The notes: a model not told the origin generated them from the sequence alone. Positions 9,237 to 17,367 are shown, counted from the first letter of the stretch. The stretch is 32,000 bases of DNA from Pyrobaculum calidifontis JCM 11548 (GCF_000015805.1 NC_009073.1:1650001-1682000), one strand, 5' to 3'. Program-made: numbers and translations.

Positions 9237-9892
9237 TAATAAATGAGGTAAGAGACACGGGGGCCTTCGTGGCGTACGACGTGGTTAAAGGAGTTGACAA
9301 TAGGGAGTACCCGCCGCCTCTAGTGGAGGAGATTCAGAGAGCGGTGGACGAGGCAAGGTCGTCGCTCTCCTTAGACACGTTGAAGGACCACCCGGTGATT
9401 AGGGCCTACCGCGACTTCTACTGGAGAGTGGTGAAGATAGATCCTACAAAACAGAGACCAGCGCAAGAGGCGCTTCTGCGCCGCGTTCTACGCGGCGAGG
9501 CGCTTCCCAGGATTAGCCCAGTCGTGGACGCGGGCAACGCCGCGTCGATAAAGTTTCTAGTTCCCATAGGCCTTTACGACTTGGCCAAGGTCAAGGGCGA
9601 GGTCTTGCGGCTGAGGTGGTCGAAGAGGGGCGAGGTGTTTTACCCCATAGGCGGCTCCCCCGTGGAGCTCGACAGCCAGATAGTGCTGGCGGCTGATGGG
9701 CAAATACTCCACTTATACCCATATAGAGACAGCGTAGAGACAAAAATCGAGCGCGATACCAGAGACGTGTTAGTAGTGGTGGCAGGGGTTCCCGGGGTGG
9801 AGCTGTCGAGGCTGATAGACGCCGCTTTATACCTGCGGAAACTCTTTTCGTTGCTAGGCGGAGTAGCAGAAGGCGAGGTGCAAATCGCCTAG
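9227..9892 (+). CDS. B3/B4 (PheRS-beta-like tRNA-binding) domain protein
   Basis: The frame is that of ORF 9164..9892. The proposed GTG start at 9227 overlaps the upstream stop by 10 nt. The strings PVIRAYRDFYWRV, PVVDAGNAASIKFLVPIGLYD and LHLYPYRDS resemble stand-alone B3/4 domain proteins. Confidence 0.5.
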   Translation: MVVIINEVRDTGAFVAYDVVKGVDNREYPPPLVEEIQRAVDEARSSLSLDTLKDHPVIRAYRDFYWRVVKIDPTKQRPAQEALLRRVLRGEALPRISPVVDAGNAASIKFLVPIGLYDLAKVKGEVLRLRWSKRGEVFYPIGGSPVELDSQIVLAADGQILHLYPYRDSVETKIERDTRDVLVVVAGVPGVELSRLIDAALYLRKLFSLLGGVAEGEVQIA

Positions 9893-11196
9893 GAAACGCC
9901 CGCTTTTTCCAGAAACGCGTCCACGAGCTCCTTCACTGAGGGCCCCTCAACCACCTTGAGGCGCCATCCAACCCTGGCAACTGGCCTATCTATTCTTATC
10001 ACCCTCTCTATCTTGGCCGGGGAGGCTATTACCACGAGGTCGACGTCCGCCCTCCTAATGGTCTCCTCCAAGTCTCTCCGCTGTTCCTCGGTGTAGCCTA
10101 GACTCGGCAAAACGGGCCCCGTGCCGTACTCTTCGTAGATCCGTCTAATTACGCCGACTGCGTACGGCCTTGGATCCACCACTACTGCGCCGTGTTTAAC
10201 TGCGGCTATGTAGCCAGCGGCGTAGGGCAGACCCCCGTGGGTCACCGTGGGCGCGTCTTCTATCACGAGGACCCTCTTCCCAGCGATGTCTCTATCCACA
10301 TACACCTCCAGATCCGCTTTGACCACCACGGCCCTTGGATTGACCTTTTTCACATTGGCCACGACCTTTGCCACGTCCTCCGCGCGGGCGTCGCTCACTT
10401 TAGTTATCACAACGGCATCTGCAAGCCTTAGGTTCACCTCGCCTGGAAATGACCCAACCTCGTGGCCGGGCCTCCGGGCATCTGTCACAGTTATCATGTA
10501 GTTCGGCCGGAAAAATGGAAAATCGTTGTTGCCGCCGTCCCACAGCACTACGTCGCCAAGCCTCTCCGCCTCCCTTAACACTCTGCCATAGTCAACGCCA
10601 GCGAGGACGGGCACGCCCATTTCCACATACTGCTCGTACTCCTCCCGCTCTTCAAAGGTGAGCTTATCCAAGTCCTCAGGCCTCTTGTACACCTCAACAA
10701 CCGCCTCCTCTAGCTCTCTGTAAGGCATTGGGTGGCGGACAACGGCGACTTTCAAGCCTCTGGCAGACAGCTCTTTAACCACTTCGCGGGATATGGTGGA
10801 CTTCCCCGCGCCAGTCCTCGTCGCCGTGACGGCTATGACCGGCCTTATTGAGTCGAGGTAGGTGTCGTTAGGCCCGTGGATCCTAAAGCTCGCCCCGCTG
10901 GCCAACACCGCGGATATTATGTGCCCCACCTCTTCATACAACAAGTCGCTGTAAGCCAACACGGCCTCGTCTACGCGCAACTCCTTCAAATACCGCGTCA
11001 GCTCTTCATAGCTCTTCCATGTGTATATCGGCACGCCGTCGGGCGTGGCGGAGAGCGGCGGCGGATATCGTCGATTGGGTATCGGTATCTGGGTCATTAA
11101 GAATGCGACAACTTTATACTCCTTGCTCCCCCTGTAGACCATGTTGTAGACGTGGAAGTCGCGCCCAGCGGCGCCTATGATTGCGACCCTTCTCAT
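9889..11196 (-). CDS. P-loop NTPase of the 'predicted GTPase'/cyclic-2,3-diphosphoglycerate-synthetase-related type
   Basis: 435-aa ORF with an N-terminal Rossmann-like motif VAIIGAAGRDFH and an internal P-loop TATRTGAGKST followed by VRHPMPY. The family assignment is from memory of COG2403-like proteins and is unverified. Confidence 0.55.
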   Translation of the reverse strand: MRRVAIIGAAGRDFHVYNMVYRGSKEYKVVAFLMTQIPIPNRRYPPPLSATPDGVPIYTWKSYEELTRYLKELRVDEAVLAYSDLLYEEVGHIISAVLASGASFRIHGPNDTYLDSIRPVIAVTATRTGAGKSTISREVVKELSARGLKVAVVRHPMPYRELEEAVVEVYKRPEDLDKLTFEEREEYEQYVEMGVPVLAGVDYGRVLREAERLGDVVLWDGGNNDFPFFRPNYMITVTDARRPGHEVGSFPGEVNLRLADAVVITKVSDARAEDVAKVVANVKKVNPRAVVVKADLEVYVDRDIAGKRVLVIEDAPTVTHGGLPYAAGYIAAVKHGAVVVDPRPYAVGVIRRIYEEYGTGPVLPSLGYTEEQRRDLEETIRRADVDLVVIASPAKIERVIRIDRPVARVGWRLKVVEGPSVKELVDAFLEKAGVS

Positions 11197-11252
11197 ATCT
11201 CTAGAGATCTATATACTATATAAGTTTTAAATAGGGCTATGCACAAAGGCCC

Positions 11253-11837
11253 GTGATAGTTTTCGGCGACGTCCACCTCGGCTCTCCACACTCCAGAGTA
11301 GAGGAGTTGAAGAAGTGCCTCGCCTCCCTCGGCCCAGAGAGAGTTGCAATAACGGGAGACCTCTTTGAAGACCAGTACAGGCTGGTGGGGAGAGAGGAGG
11401 CCATTAGGCTTATAGCAAAGGCCATGGACGTGCTCGGCCTACGCCCAGCGCAGTTATACATAGCCTTTAGCTCCTCATCCCACGACCCACAGTTGCCCGG
11501 CCCCCTGTGGGAGAAGATAAACGGCGCAGAGGTATACGCCTTCAACGGCGACATCTTTATAGAGGATTCGGAGGTGGTTGTGACACACGGCGACAGCGTC
11601 GTGAAAAGCGGCGTCGTGGCCTACTTAGTCGAGAGAGTAGACAGGGGGAGAATAGGCCGAGTCCTTAGGCGCAGGCTGAGCCTGAGAGATGGGGTGTGGA
11701 TAGCCTATGGACACAGCCACGTGCCTCACGTGGACCTTGGCCAGAGGATATTGAACCCCGGGCCTTGGAAGATCTACGGCTTTAGGAGAATTAGGGGCGG
11801 GGTGTACGAGCTCCCCTCGGCCAAGCGGCTCTGCTAG
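11253..11837 (+). CDS. Calcineurin-like metallophosphoesterase
   Basis: Motifs VFGDVHLG, ITGDLFED, THGD and YGHSH appear in the canonical order for this family. Confidence 0.75.
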   Translation: MIVFGDVHLGSPHSRVEELKKCLASLGPERVAITGDLFEDQYRLVGREEAIRLIAKAMDVLGLRPAQLYIAFSSSSHDPQLPGPLWEKINGAEVYAFNGDIFIEDSEVVVTHGDSVVKSGVVAYLVERVDRGRIGRVLRRRLSLRDGVWIAYGHSHVPHVDLGQRILNPGPWKIYGFRRIRGGVYELPSAKRLC

Positions 11838-12320
11838 CTACCTCCTGCCAACGCGCTCTGCCAGCCAAATCTCGAGTCTCTCAAGGGCCTCGGGCAGATG
11901 CCCAAGTTCTACGACATCCCTCTGCTGGGGACCCGCCTGCAAGCACTTCTCCCACATCACCCTATACTTCAGGTTTTGAAGGGCCACTCTCCGCACGTTT
12001 TCAACGCTTACCTCCTCAGGGTTAACCACGGCGCCTGGCCCAGCGTATGCCAGCCTATGTGCATAGCCCACGTACACAAGCTCGCCTGCCGCGTTGGCCA
12101 AGATTCTGCTTATAGTCTCTCTTCTACACGTGGACATGTTCAAAACCTTTGTCCTATACCCAAGCTTTGCCACCAAGGCCCCCACCACTGCGAACTGGTA
12201 AGAGGAGCCGGGGGGCGGCGGCACCACGGTGACGTCGGCAAGGGGGTTCTGCACGTCAAAGAGGAGATAGGTCCCAAGGTCTCGTAGGACGTATCTTCCA
12301 GCCGCTTCCCCCAGTATCAT
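11838..12320 (-). CDS. Hypothetical protein, translationally coupled to the upstream DsbA-like gene
   Basis: 160-aa ORF. Its ATG overlaps the upstream TGA in an ATGA arrangement (12317-12320, minus strand). No recognisable domain. Confidence 0.5.
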   Translation of the reverse strand: MILGEAAGRYVLRDLGTYLLFDVQNPLADVTVVPPPPGSSYQFAVVGALVAKLGYRTKVLNMSTCRRETISRILANAAGELVYVGYAHRLAYAGPGAVVNPEEVSVENVRRVALQNLKYRVMWEKCLQAGPQQRDVVELGHLPEALERLEIWLAERVGRR

Positions 12321-12817
12321 AGGGCATATATGGCCTCCAGCACCTGGTCAGGCGTCATGTAGCCGAAGTGTATATACCCACGGCCCTTGGAGAAGTCGTA
12401 GAAGAGCAGGGTCGGCGTCCCGTAGACTCCAACAGCCTCGGCGAGCTCTTCGCAGACCTTTAAGTCGTCTGCTGGACACTCGTCTGCTTTTACCCTTTCG
12501 CCGCTGTATATCCTTTTAACGAAGTCCAGCCTCTTTTCTGCCTCGATGCAGCGGAGGGCCCTGTGTAGAGACTCGGCGTCTTTATGGACCACGTAGTCGC
12601 ACATTGCGTATGTTATCAAGCCGTTCTTGGCCATTTCTAGCATGACCTCTTCAGTCTCCTTGAAGAGCCTTGCGCAGAAGGGGCATTTCAAGTCGAAGAA
12701 TACGACTACGGCCCTGTTCCCACTTCCCACTTTAATAGGCGCAATTTCCACAATTTTCTTAACCACCTCTGTCTTGACCACTGGGGTGAGGCTGGGCTTG
12801 CGTCTCCTGAATATCAC
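12317..12817 (-). CDS. Thioredoxin-fold thiol:disulfide oxidoreductase (DsbA-like)
   Basis: CPFC active-site motif in VVVFFDLKCPFCARL, and a cis-Pro-loop-like GTPTLLFYD. A TATA-like box (TTTTTATAC on the minus strand) lies about 25 nt upstream. Confidence 0.75.
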   Translation of the reverse strand: MIFRRRKPSLTPVVKTEVVKKIVEIAPIKVGSGNRAVVVFFDLKCPFCARLFKETEEVMLEMAKNGLITYAMCDYVVHKDAESLHRALRCIEAEKRLDFVKRIYSGERVKADECPADDLKVCEELAEAVGVYGTPTLLFYDFSKGRGYIHFGYMTPDQVLEAIYAL

Positions 12818-12853
12818 GGCGTTAGAAACATATTTCCGTATAAAAATTCAGCC

Positions 12854-12902
12854 GTGATGAAGTTGGTCTTTTCAGAGGCGTGAAGAGGGGAACGAATGCT
12901 GA
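12854..12902 (+). ncRNA. C/D-box sRNA candidate
   Basis: The layout is an exact 7+12+4+3+7+12+4 archaeal arrangement. C box GTGATGA is at 12854-12860, followed by a 12-nt guide. D' CAGA is at 12873-12876, followed by a 3-nt spacer. C' GTGAAGA is at 12880-12886, followed by a 12-nt guide. D box CTGA is at 12899-12902. No terminal stem is evident. Confidence 0.5.
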
Positions 12903-12924
12903 TCCGACCCCCTCCTCCGCCCTG

Positions 12925-13172
12925 GGTTCCCCCGTGGGCGGGTCATTGGTTCCCCGCATCTATTCGTTGCCACATCTGTCATCTGCGGGGCAGTCGGGGA
13001 GGCCTGACTACCCCCATGTCGCAAGCCCGGGGGCGATCCCCCAGGCGACAACCCATGAGCGCGCCTCCCTCACCCTAATATTTATTAAACAACGGGGATC
13101 AAAGCGATCAGTGGGAAAAAAGCGGGGGGTGCCCAACCTCTTGCAAGCCTTTTTTCAATGTTTAACAGTGCC
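12925..13172 (-). ncRNA. Omega-RNA-like / right-end structured module, copy A
   Basis: It is homologous to 17368-17610. The core 12991-13062 matches 17431-17502 at 64 of 72 positions without gaps. Helices: P1 12943-12951/13050-13058; P2 12952-12958/12984-12990; P3 12996-13001/about 13008-13015; P4 13025-13033/13038-13046. The strand is assigned from the tnpB orientation and a TATA-like box, not proven. Confidence 0.4.
13076..13089 (-). promoter_or_regulatory. TATA-like box overlapping the tnpB stop codon, upstream of module A
   Basis: The minus strand reads TTTAATAAATATTA. Its centre is about 26 nt upstream of the first nucleotide of helix P1 (13058). An equivalent box occupies the same relative position in copy B. 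Confidence 0.35.
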
Positions 13173-13393
13173 ACTACGTCTCTCCAAGCCTCGAAGCCAC
13201 ATGTTGTGCACTTCATTCTTCTGTGTCCCACTTCTTCCATTTTCCTGCAGCACTTGGTGCGCGTTGTGGACGCGCCGCTTGGGTCCACCTCGACTACCAT
13301 CACGCCGCGCTTCGCGGCTTGCCACTTGGAGAGGAGGAGAAGGGCTGAACAAAGAAGAGAAGAGAGTTGAGACACGGATTCGTCTTCTTCCAA
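13085..13393 (-). pseudogene. tnpB: TnpB (IS605 OrfB / RuvC-like RNA-guided nuclease family) C-terminal fragment
   Basis: The fragment GVMVVEVDPSGASTTRTKCCRKMEEVGHRRMKCTTCGFEAWRDVVALLNIEKR matches the TnpB C-terminal pattern: V-DP--TS--C--CG...C--CGF--RD--AA-NI. The first zinc-finger half is degraded and the N-terminal roughly 300 aa are missing. Confidence 0.75.
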
Positions 13394-13460
13394 TTTTACT
13401 CTTCTTCAATAGTTTAAGAGGAATGGAGAATGTTGATAAATCCGGGCCTTCGCCCGCTTA

Positions 13461-14198
13461 ATGATAAAGGTGGTCCTTCACCACACATGTAAGTCGTCGT
13501 ATAACCTCTACAAGGCGCTACGCGGCGTGGCAGGCGTGGAGTTTGAAATGGCCGAGGCGCCCTACTTCCACTACTTGGCCAACTACGTCTTAAGCGTGCC
13601 GGCCGTATTTCTCGACGGGAGGCTCGTGTTGCTAGACCCCGTCGAGCCAGAGGACGTGCTCGCGCTAAGAGACGGCAAGACAGAGAAGGAACTAGCTGTA
13701 GACGAGGCTGTTGAAAATTTTGTAAATGGAGTTATGGCGAGTCAAGCCATCTTATCCGCCGTTGTTTTACACAAGTCGCTTAAGCCAATTCTGTTGCCGG
13801 AGCTAGTCGCAGTGCTCTCCCGGGCCAGATACCACGGACAGGAGCACAAGACTCCGCAGATAATGGAGGCGCTGAGGGAAAGGGAGAGAGGTATCTTGGA
13901 GGAGCGCTGGGAGCGCTTAATTAAGGTGTTGACGTTCGGCATGGTTAGAGAAATGTTTTGGCTCGGCATAGACGTGGACAAGGTCGAGAAGTCCCACGTG
14001 AAAATGTGGCTACTCGCAAAAGCCACTGTGGGGAGGCTGGGCCTCCCATACCCAAGGCCAGATGTCCCAAGCGACGTGGCCGACGCAGTGTACAACGTCT
14101 TGAGAGAATCCGGAAAGAGGTACATGGAGAAGGTGGCGGAAGAGCAGGGGCAGATTTTAAACGACGCAGAGTTCCTCTCATTATACAGGAACAAATAG
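13461..14198 (+). CDS. Hypothetical protein with an N-terminal thioredoxin/glutaredoxin-like fold lacking CxxC
   Basis: 245-aa ORF. The N-terminus (KVVLHHTCKSSYNLYKAL...SVPAVFLDGRLV) resembles small redoxins but has TCKSS where CxxC is expected. The C-terminal roughly 160 aa are helical and unrecognised. A TATA-like box (GTTGATAAATCC) lies about 26 nt upstream. Confidence 0.55.
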   Translation: MIKVVLHHTCKSSYNLYKALRGVAGVEFEMAEAPYFHYLANYVLSVPAVFLDGRLVLLDPVEPEDVLALRDGKTEKELAVDEAVENFVNGVMASQAILSAVVLHKSLKPILLPELVAVLSRARYHGQEHKTPQIMEALRERERGILEERWERLIKVLTFGMVREMFWLGIDVDKVEKSHVKMWLLAKATVGRLGLPYPRPDVPSDVADAVYNVLRESGKRYMEKVAEEQGQILNDAEFLSLYRNK

Positions 14199-14267
14199 TT
14201 TCAGCTAACTCTCCCCCCGGAGAAGTTTTAACTAAAGGGAATATTAATGAATGACGAGATATAATCA

Positions 14268-16829
14268 ATGTACAGAGTCTTGAAGCTCAACGGCTCTGTG
14301 GAGCCCTTCCAGCCGGAGAAGCTGAGGCGCTCAATTGAGCGCGCGGCGCAGGACGCGGGGGTGGAGGTGGACGGGGCGGCCGACATCAAAGTGGAGAGAG
14401 ACGTCGGCTCTTGGGAGCTCGCCGATTTGGTGCACGTGGAGCTTTTGAAGAAGGCGATTGAGAGGCCGGAGCTCGCCGAGGTGGCCAAGTCGCATCTCCT
14501 CGGCAGAATATACAAGGAGATATTTGGGAGAGACTTCCTGCGCGTTAAGTCTGACGAGGAGTACCAGAGGAGGGCCCTGGCGGCCTTTGAGAAACTGGCG
14601 GGGGTGATAAAGCCCGAGGCCTTGGAGCTCTTGAGGCAGCTGAAGCTGAGGCCCGAGTTCGACCGCTCGCTGAGCTACAACGCCCTTAGGCTCTTCACCA
14701 ACGGCAACTACGCGTTGAGGAGGCTGGACTTCCAACTGGCCGAGACTCCCTCCATGGCCGCGGCCAGGGTGGCCACCGCAGTGGCGAGAGACGTGGAGAG
14801 GGCAAGGCTGTACTACGACTACATCACCTCGCTGAAGTTGATACCGGCGTCTCCCTACTGGTTCAACGCCTGGACTAGCAAGGAGATGTTTGCCTCCTGC
14901 TTCATTCTGATGATTGAGGATTGTTTGTCGTCAATCACACATCCTGGCAAGAGGTGTATCTACGATGTGTTGACCAGATCAGGTCTAATACAGCAGGCAG
15001 GAGGTGGTGTGGGCTACGACTTCTCGCTCCTAAGGCCCGAGGGAGACGTGGTGAGGGGCTCCGCGGGCGTGGCCTCCGGCCCCATATCCTTTATGAAGCT
15101 CTTTGACGCAAATGTGGAAGTCATTAAGCAGGGGGGCAAGAGGCGCGGCGCGCAGATGGGCACGCTCCACGTCTGGCACCCAGACATACGCAAGTTCATA
15201 AAGGCCAAGACGGGGGAGCTGAAGGACGTACACCTACAGAACTTCAACATCTCGGTGGTGGTGGATGACGCTTTTATGGAAAAGGCATTAGACGTAGATA
15301 AAGATCCCAACTATCCTCTTGTCAATCCAAGGATTGTTGTAGAAAAATTGGGGATTAAGCCGATAGAGGTGTTAGAGCTCACGAGAGAGGTGCAACTACC
15401 AAAAGATGCGACAGTGGGGTCAGTTAATGCCAAAGAGCTATTCAGAGAGATCGTAGAGGGCGCGTGGGACTCGGGCGACCCCGGCCTGATCTTCAAGTCG
15501 AACATGAATGCGTCGAACTCACTGTTGTATGTCAATGTAGATGGCGACAGATATGTGTGGTTTGGTACCAATCCTTGTGCCGAGGTGCCCGGCGCTGATA
15601 AAGACGTCTGCAACTTGACCCATATAAACCTTGTCAAATTTGTGAAAGAGGGGTGTAGCGGCCGCACGTTGGAGGAAAAACTGGAGTGTATAGACTGGGC
15701 AGGCTTGGCCGAGACAGCCCGCGTTGGCGTTAGATTTCTCGACGACGCCGTAGATATATCCACCACTGGGATGAAAGATGTAGATGAGACGTATCGGAAG
15801 ATCCGCAAAATTGGTCTCGGCGTCATGGGTCTCGCCGAGATGTTGATAAAGTTGGAGATCCCGTACGCCTCTTGGGATGCCGTGACGCTAGTTAACAGAG
15901 TGTTGGCGTGGATCTATCTCAACGCCCTCGACGAGTCTGCAGAGCTGGCGAGGGAGAGGGGGCCCTTTAAGTACTTCCACCAGTCCGACTACGCGAGGGG
16001 AGTGATACCCGTGCTGAAGTACCAAGACTTCGTCTGGTCTCGGTGGGAGAGGGTAAGGGCGGCGTACCCGCCGGAGTACAGAGAGCTTGGGGACAGGCTA
16101 AAGGCCATAACCTACGAGACGAGGAGGTGGCTAGACGCCATGGCCAAGAGGTTCGGCAAGCCCACCCTGGCCGAGCTCTCGGAGAAGGTTAAGGGCGGGG
16201 TGAGGAACTCCGTGGTGATGTCCGTGGCCCCCACGGGCCGCACCTCCATACTGGCGGGCACCACCAGCGGCGTAGAGCCCGTCTTCGCCCTGGCCTTCCT
16301 CCGCAACGTCACCGTCGGCACCCTGGTGGAGTACTACTGGCCTGGCGTCGAGTATCTGAGGGCGAGGGGTCTCTGGACACCTGAGGTGAGGAGGGCGGTG
16401 GAGGAGAGCGGCATGTTGAGAGACGCCCCCGTGCCAGAGGACGTGAAGCACTTGTTGGCCACGGCGATGGAGATACACTGGGCCTGGCATGTACTGATGC
16501 AAGCGTCAGCACAGCAGTGGGTGGATCAAGGCATATCGAAGACGATTAATATGCCAGCTAACGCGACCAAAGATGACGTATATTGGGCGTTTGCTCTTGC
16601 ATGGGCTCTTGGGGTCAAGGGGATAACGGTGTACCGCGACAAGTCTAAGTCTGTGCAAGTGATATACACGGGCATTAAGCAGGAGATCAAGAAGAAGCTC
16701 GCGGACACCAAGATAGTGGTAAAGCCGCTCTCCCTCGACGCCACAATCAGCGACGCGGCTGAGCAGGTCAAGCTCAAGGCGCTTGAGGAGGGCAAAGACC
16801 CCTACTGCAAGACCGGGGAGTGCGGCTAG
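14268..16829 (+). CDS. nrdJ: Class II (adenosylcobalamin-dependent) ribonucleotide reductase with N-terminal ATP-cone
   Basis: 853-aa ORF. The ATP-cone-like N-terminus is VLKLNGSVEPFQPEKLRRSIERA. The catalytic loop is GTNPCAEVPG, and SVAPTGRTSILAGTTSGVEP is also present. The C-terminal redox cysteines are CKTGEC. No intein-like insertion was seen. Confidence 0.9.
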   Translation: MYRVLKLNGSVEPFQPEKLRRSIERAAQDAGVEVDGAADIKVERDVGSWELADLVHVELLKKAIERPELAEVAKSHLLGRIYKEIFGRDFLRVKSDEEYQRRALAAFEKLAGVIKPEALELLRQLKLRPEFDRSLSYNALRLFTNGNYALRRLDFQLAETPSMAAARVATAVARDVERARLYYDYITSLKLIPASPYWFNAWTSKEMFASCFILMIEDCLSSITHPGKRCIYDVLTRSGLIQQAGGGVGYDFSLLRPEGDVVRGSAGVASGPISFMKLFDANVEVIKQGGKRRGAQMGTLHVWHPDIRKFIKAKTGELKDVHLQNFNISVVVDDAFMEKALDVDKDPNYPLVNPRIVVEKLGIKPIEVLELTREVQLPKDATVGSVNAKELFREIVEGAWDSGDPGLIFKSNMNASNSLLYVNVDGDRYVWFGTNPCAEVPGADKDVCNLTHINLVKFVKEGCSGRTLEEKLECIDWAGLAETARVGVRFLDDAVDISTTGMKDVDETYRKIRKIGLGVMGLAEMLIKLEIPYASWDAVTLVNRVLAWIYLNALDESAELARERGPFKYFHQSDYARGVIPVLKYQDFVWSRWERVRAAYPPEYRELGDRLKAITYETRRWLDAMAKRFGKPTLAELSEKVKGGVRNSVVMSVAPTGRTSILAGTTSGVEPVFALAFLRNVTVGTLVEYYWPGVEYLRARGLWTPEVRRAVEESGMLRDAPVPEDVKHLLATAMEIHWAWHVLMQASAQQWVDQGISKTINMPANATKDDVYWAFALAWALGVKGITVYRDKSKSVQVIYTGIKQEIKKKLADTKIVVKPLSLDATISDAAEQVKLKALEEGKDPYCKTGECG

Positions 16830-16870
16830 TTTTACACGTAGGGTTAATATAGCGTGGATCTCCTTGGTCT

Positions 16871-17341
16871 ATGCTGTGGATTGTTTCAAAGTCTGTTAGA
16901 ATAGGTCTCGTCTTTGTCCTCTTCAGTGTTTTGTACGTCCTCTTCAACATATGGTGGGCTGGCCTGCTCGACGTCTATCCGCTTCTCGTGGGCGTATACC
17001 TCATGACATTTGTCTCAGTTACTCCGTACATCTTCTTAAACATAATAACGGCGGTTAGAAATAGAAGCGACGGCAGGTGGATAATCACCGTGGGTCTCTC
17101 TCTTGCCTTCTTCTCCTCGCTGATAGCGGCCATGGCCAAGCTGGGGGGCCTGCGGCACGTTATATCGCCGTTTGTAATAAGCCAGCTCCGCTATGATGGG
17201 ACCCTCGCCCTGTCCCTAGCTCTGCTCGCCCTATCCGCCCTAGTCTACATAAACAGCATCTTGCCAGAGAGCCGCAGGTTAGCCAAGGCGCTATATTTTA
17301 CGGCCACAAAAGAAGAGGATAAGGAGATCGAAGTCGTCTAA
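16871..17341 (+). CDS. Hypothetical integral membrane protein (about 4 TM segments)
   Basis: 156-aa ORF that is strongly hydrophobic. A TATA-like box (GTTAATATAG) lies about 23 nt upstream. Confidence 0.55.
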   Translation: MLWIVSKSVRIGLVFVLFSVLYVLFNIWWAGLLDVYPLLVGVYLMTFVSVTPYIFLNIITAVRNRSDGRWIITVGLSLAFFSSLIAAMAKLGGLRHVISPFVISQLRYDGTLALSLALLALSALVYINSILPESRRLAKALYFTATKEEDKEIEVV

Positions 17342-17367
17342 GTTCTCACTGACTTCTTCCATCTCAA

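Larger units (their letters stand above)
12925..13400 (-). mobile_element. Remnant of an IS605/IS1341-type (tnpB-only) element, 3' part only
   Basis: It contains the TnpB C-terminal fragment plus the conserved right-end module shared with the element at 17368-18400. No left end or N-terminal tnpB part is present. Boundaries are approximate. Confidence 0.6.

Noticed and set aside
12880-13461. A 193-aa + strand ORF here, and a 72-aa + strand ORF at 17369..17587, share peptide similarity (…TPMSQARGRSPRRQPMSAPP… versus …PPMSHARGRLPRQQPMNATP…).
   Set aside because: The similarity comes from both ORFs reading through the shared IS right-end module. The sequences are low-complexity and Pro/Arg/Gly-rich. 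The differences between the copies fall as stem-preserving compensatory changes rather than synonymous changes, and ORF 12880..13461 runs antisense across a recognisable tnpB fragment.
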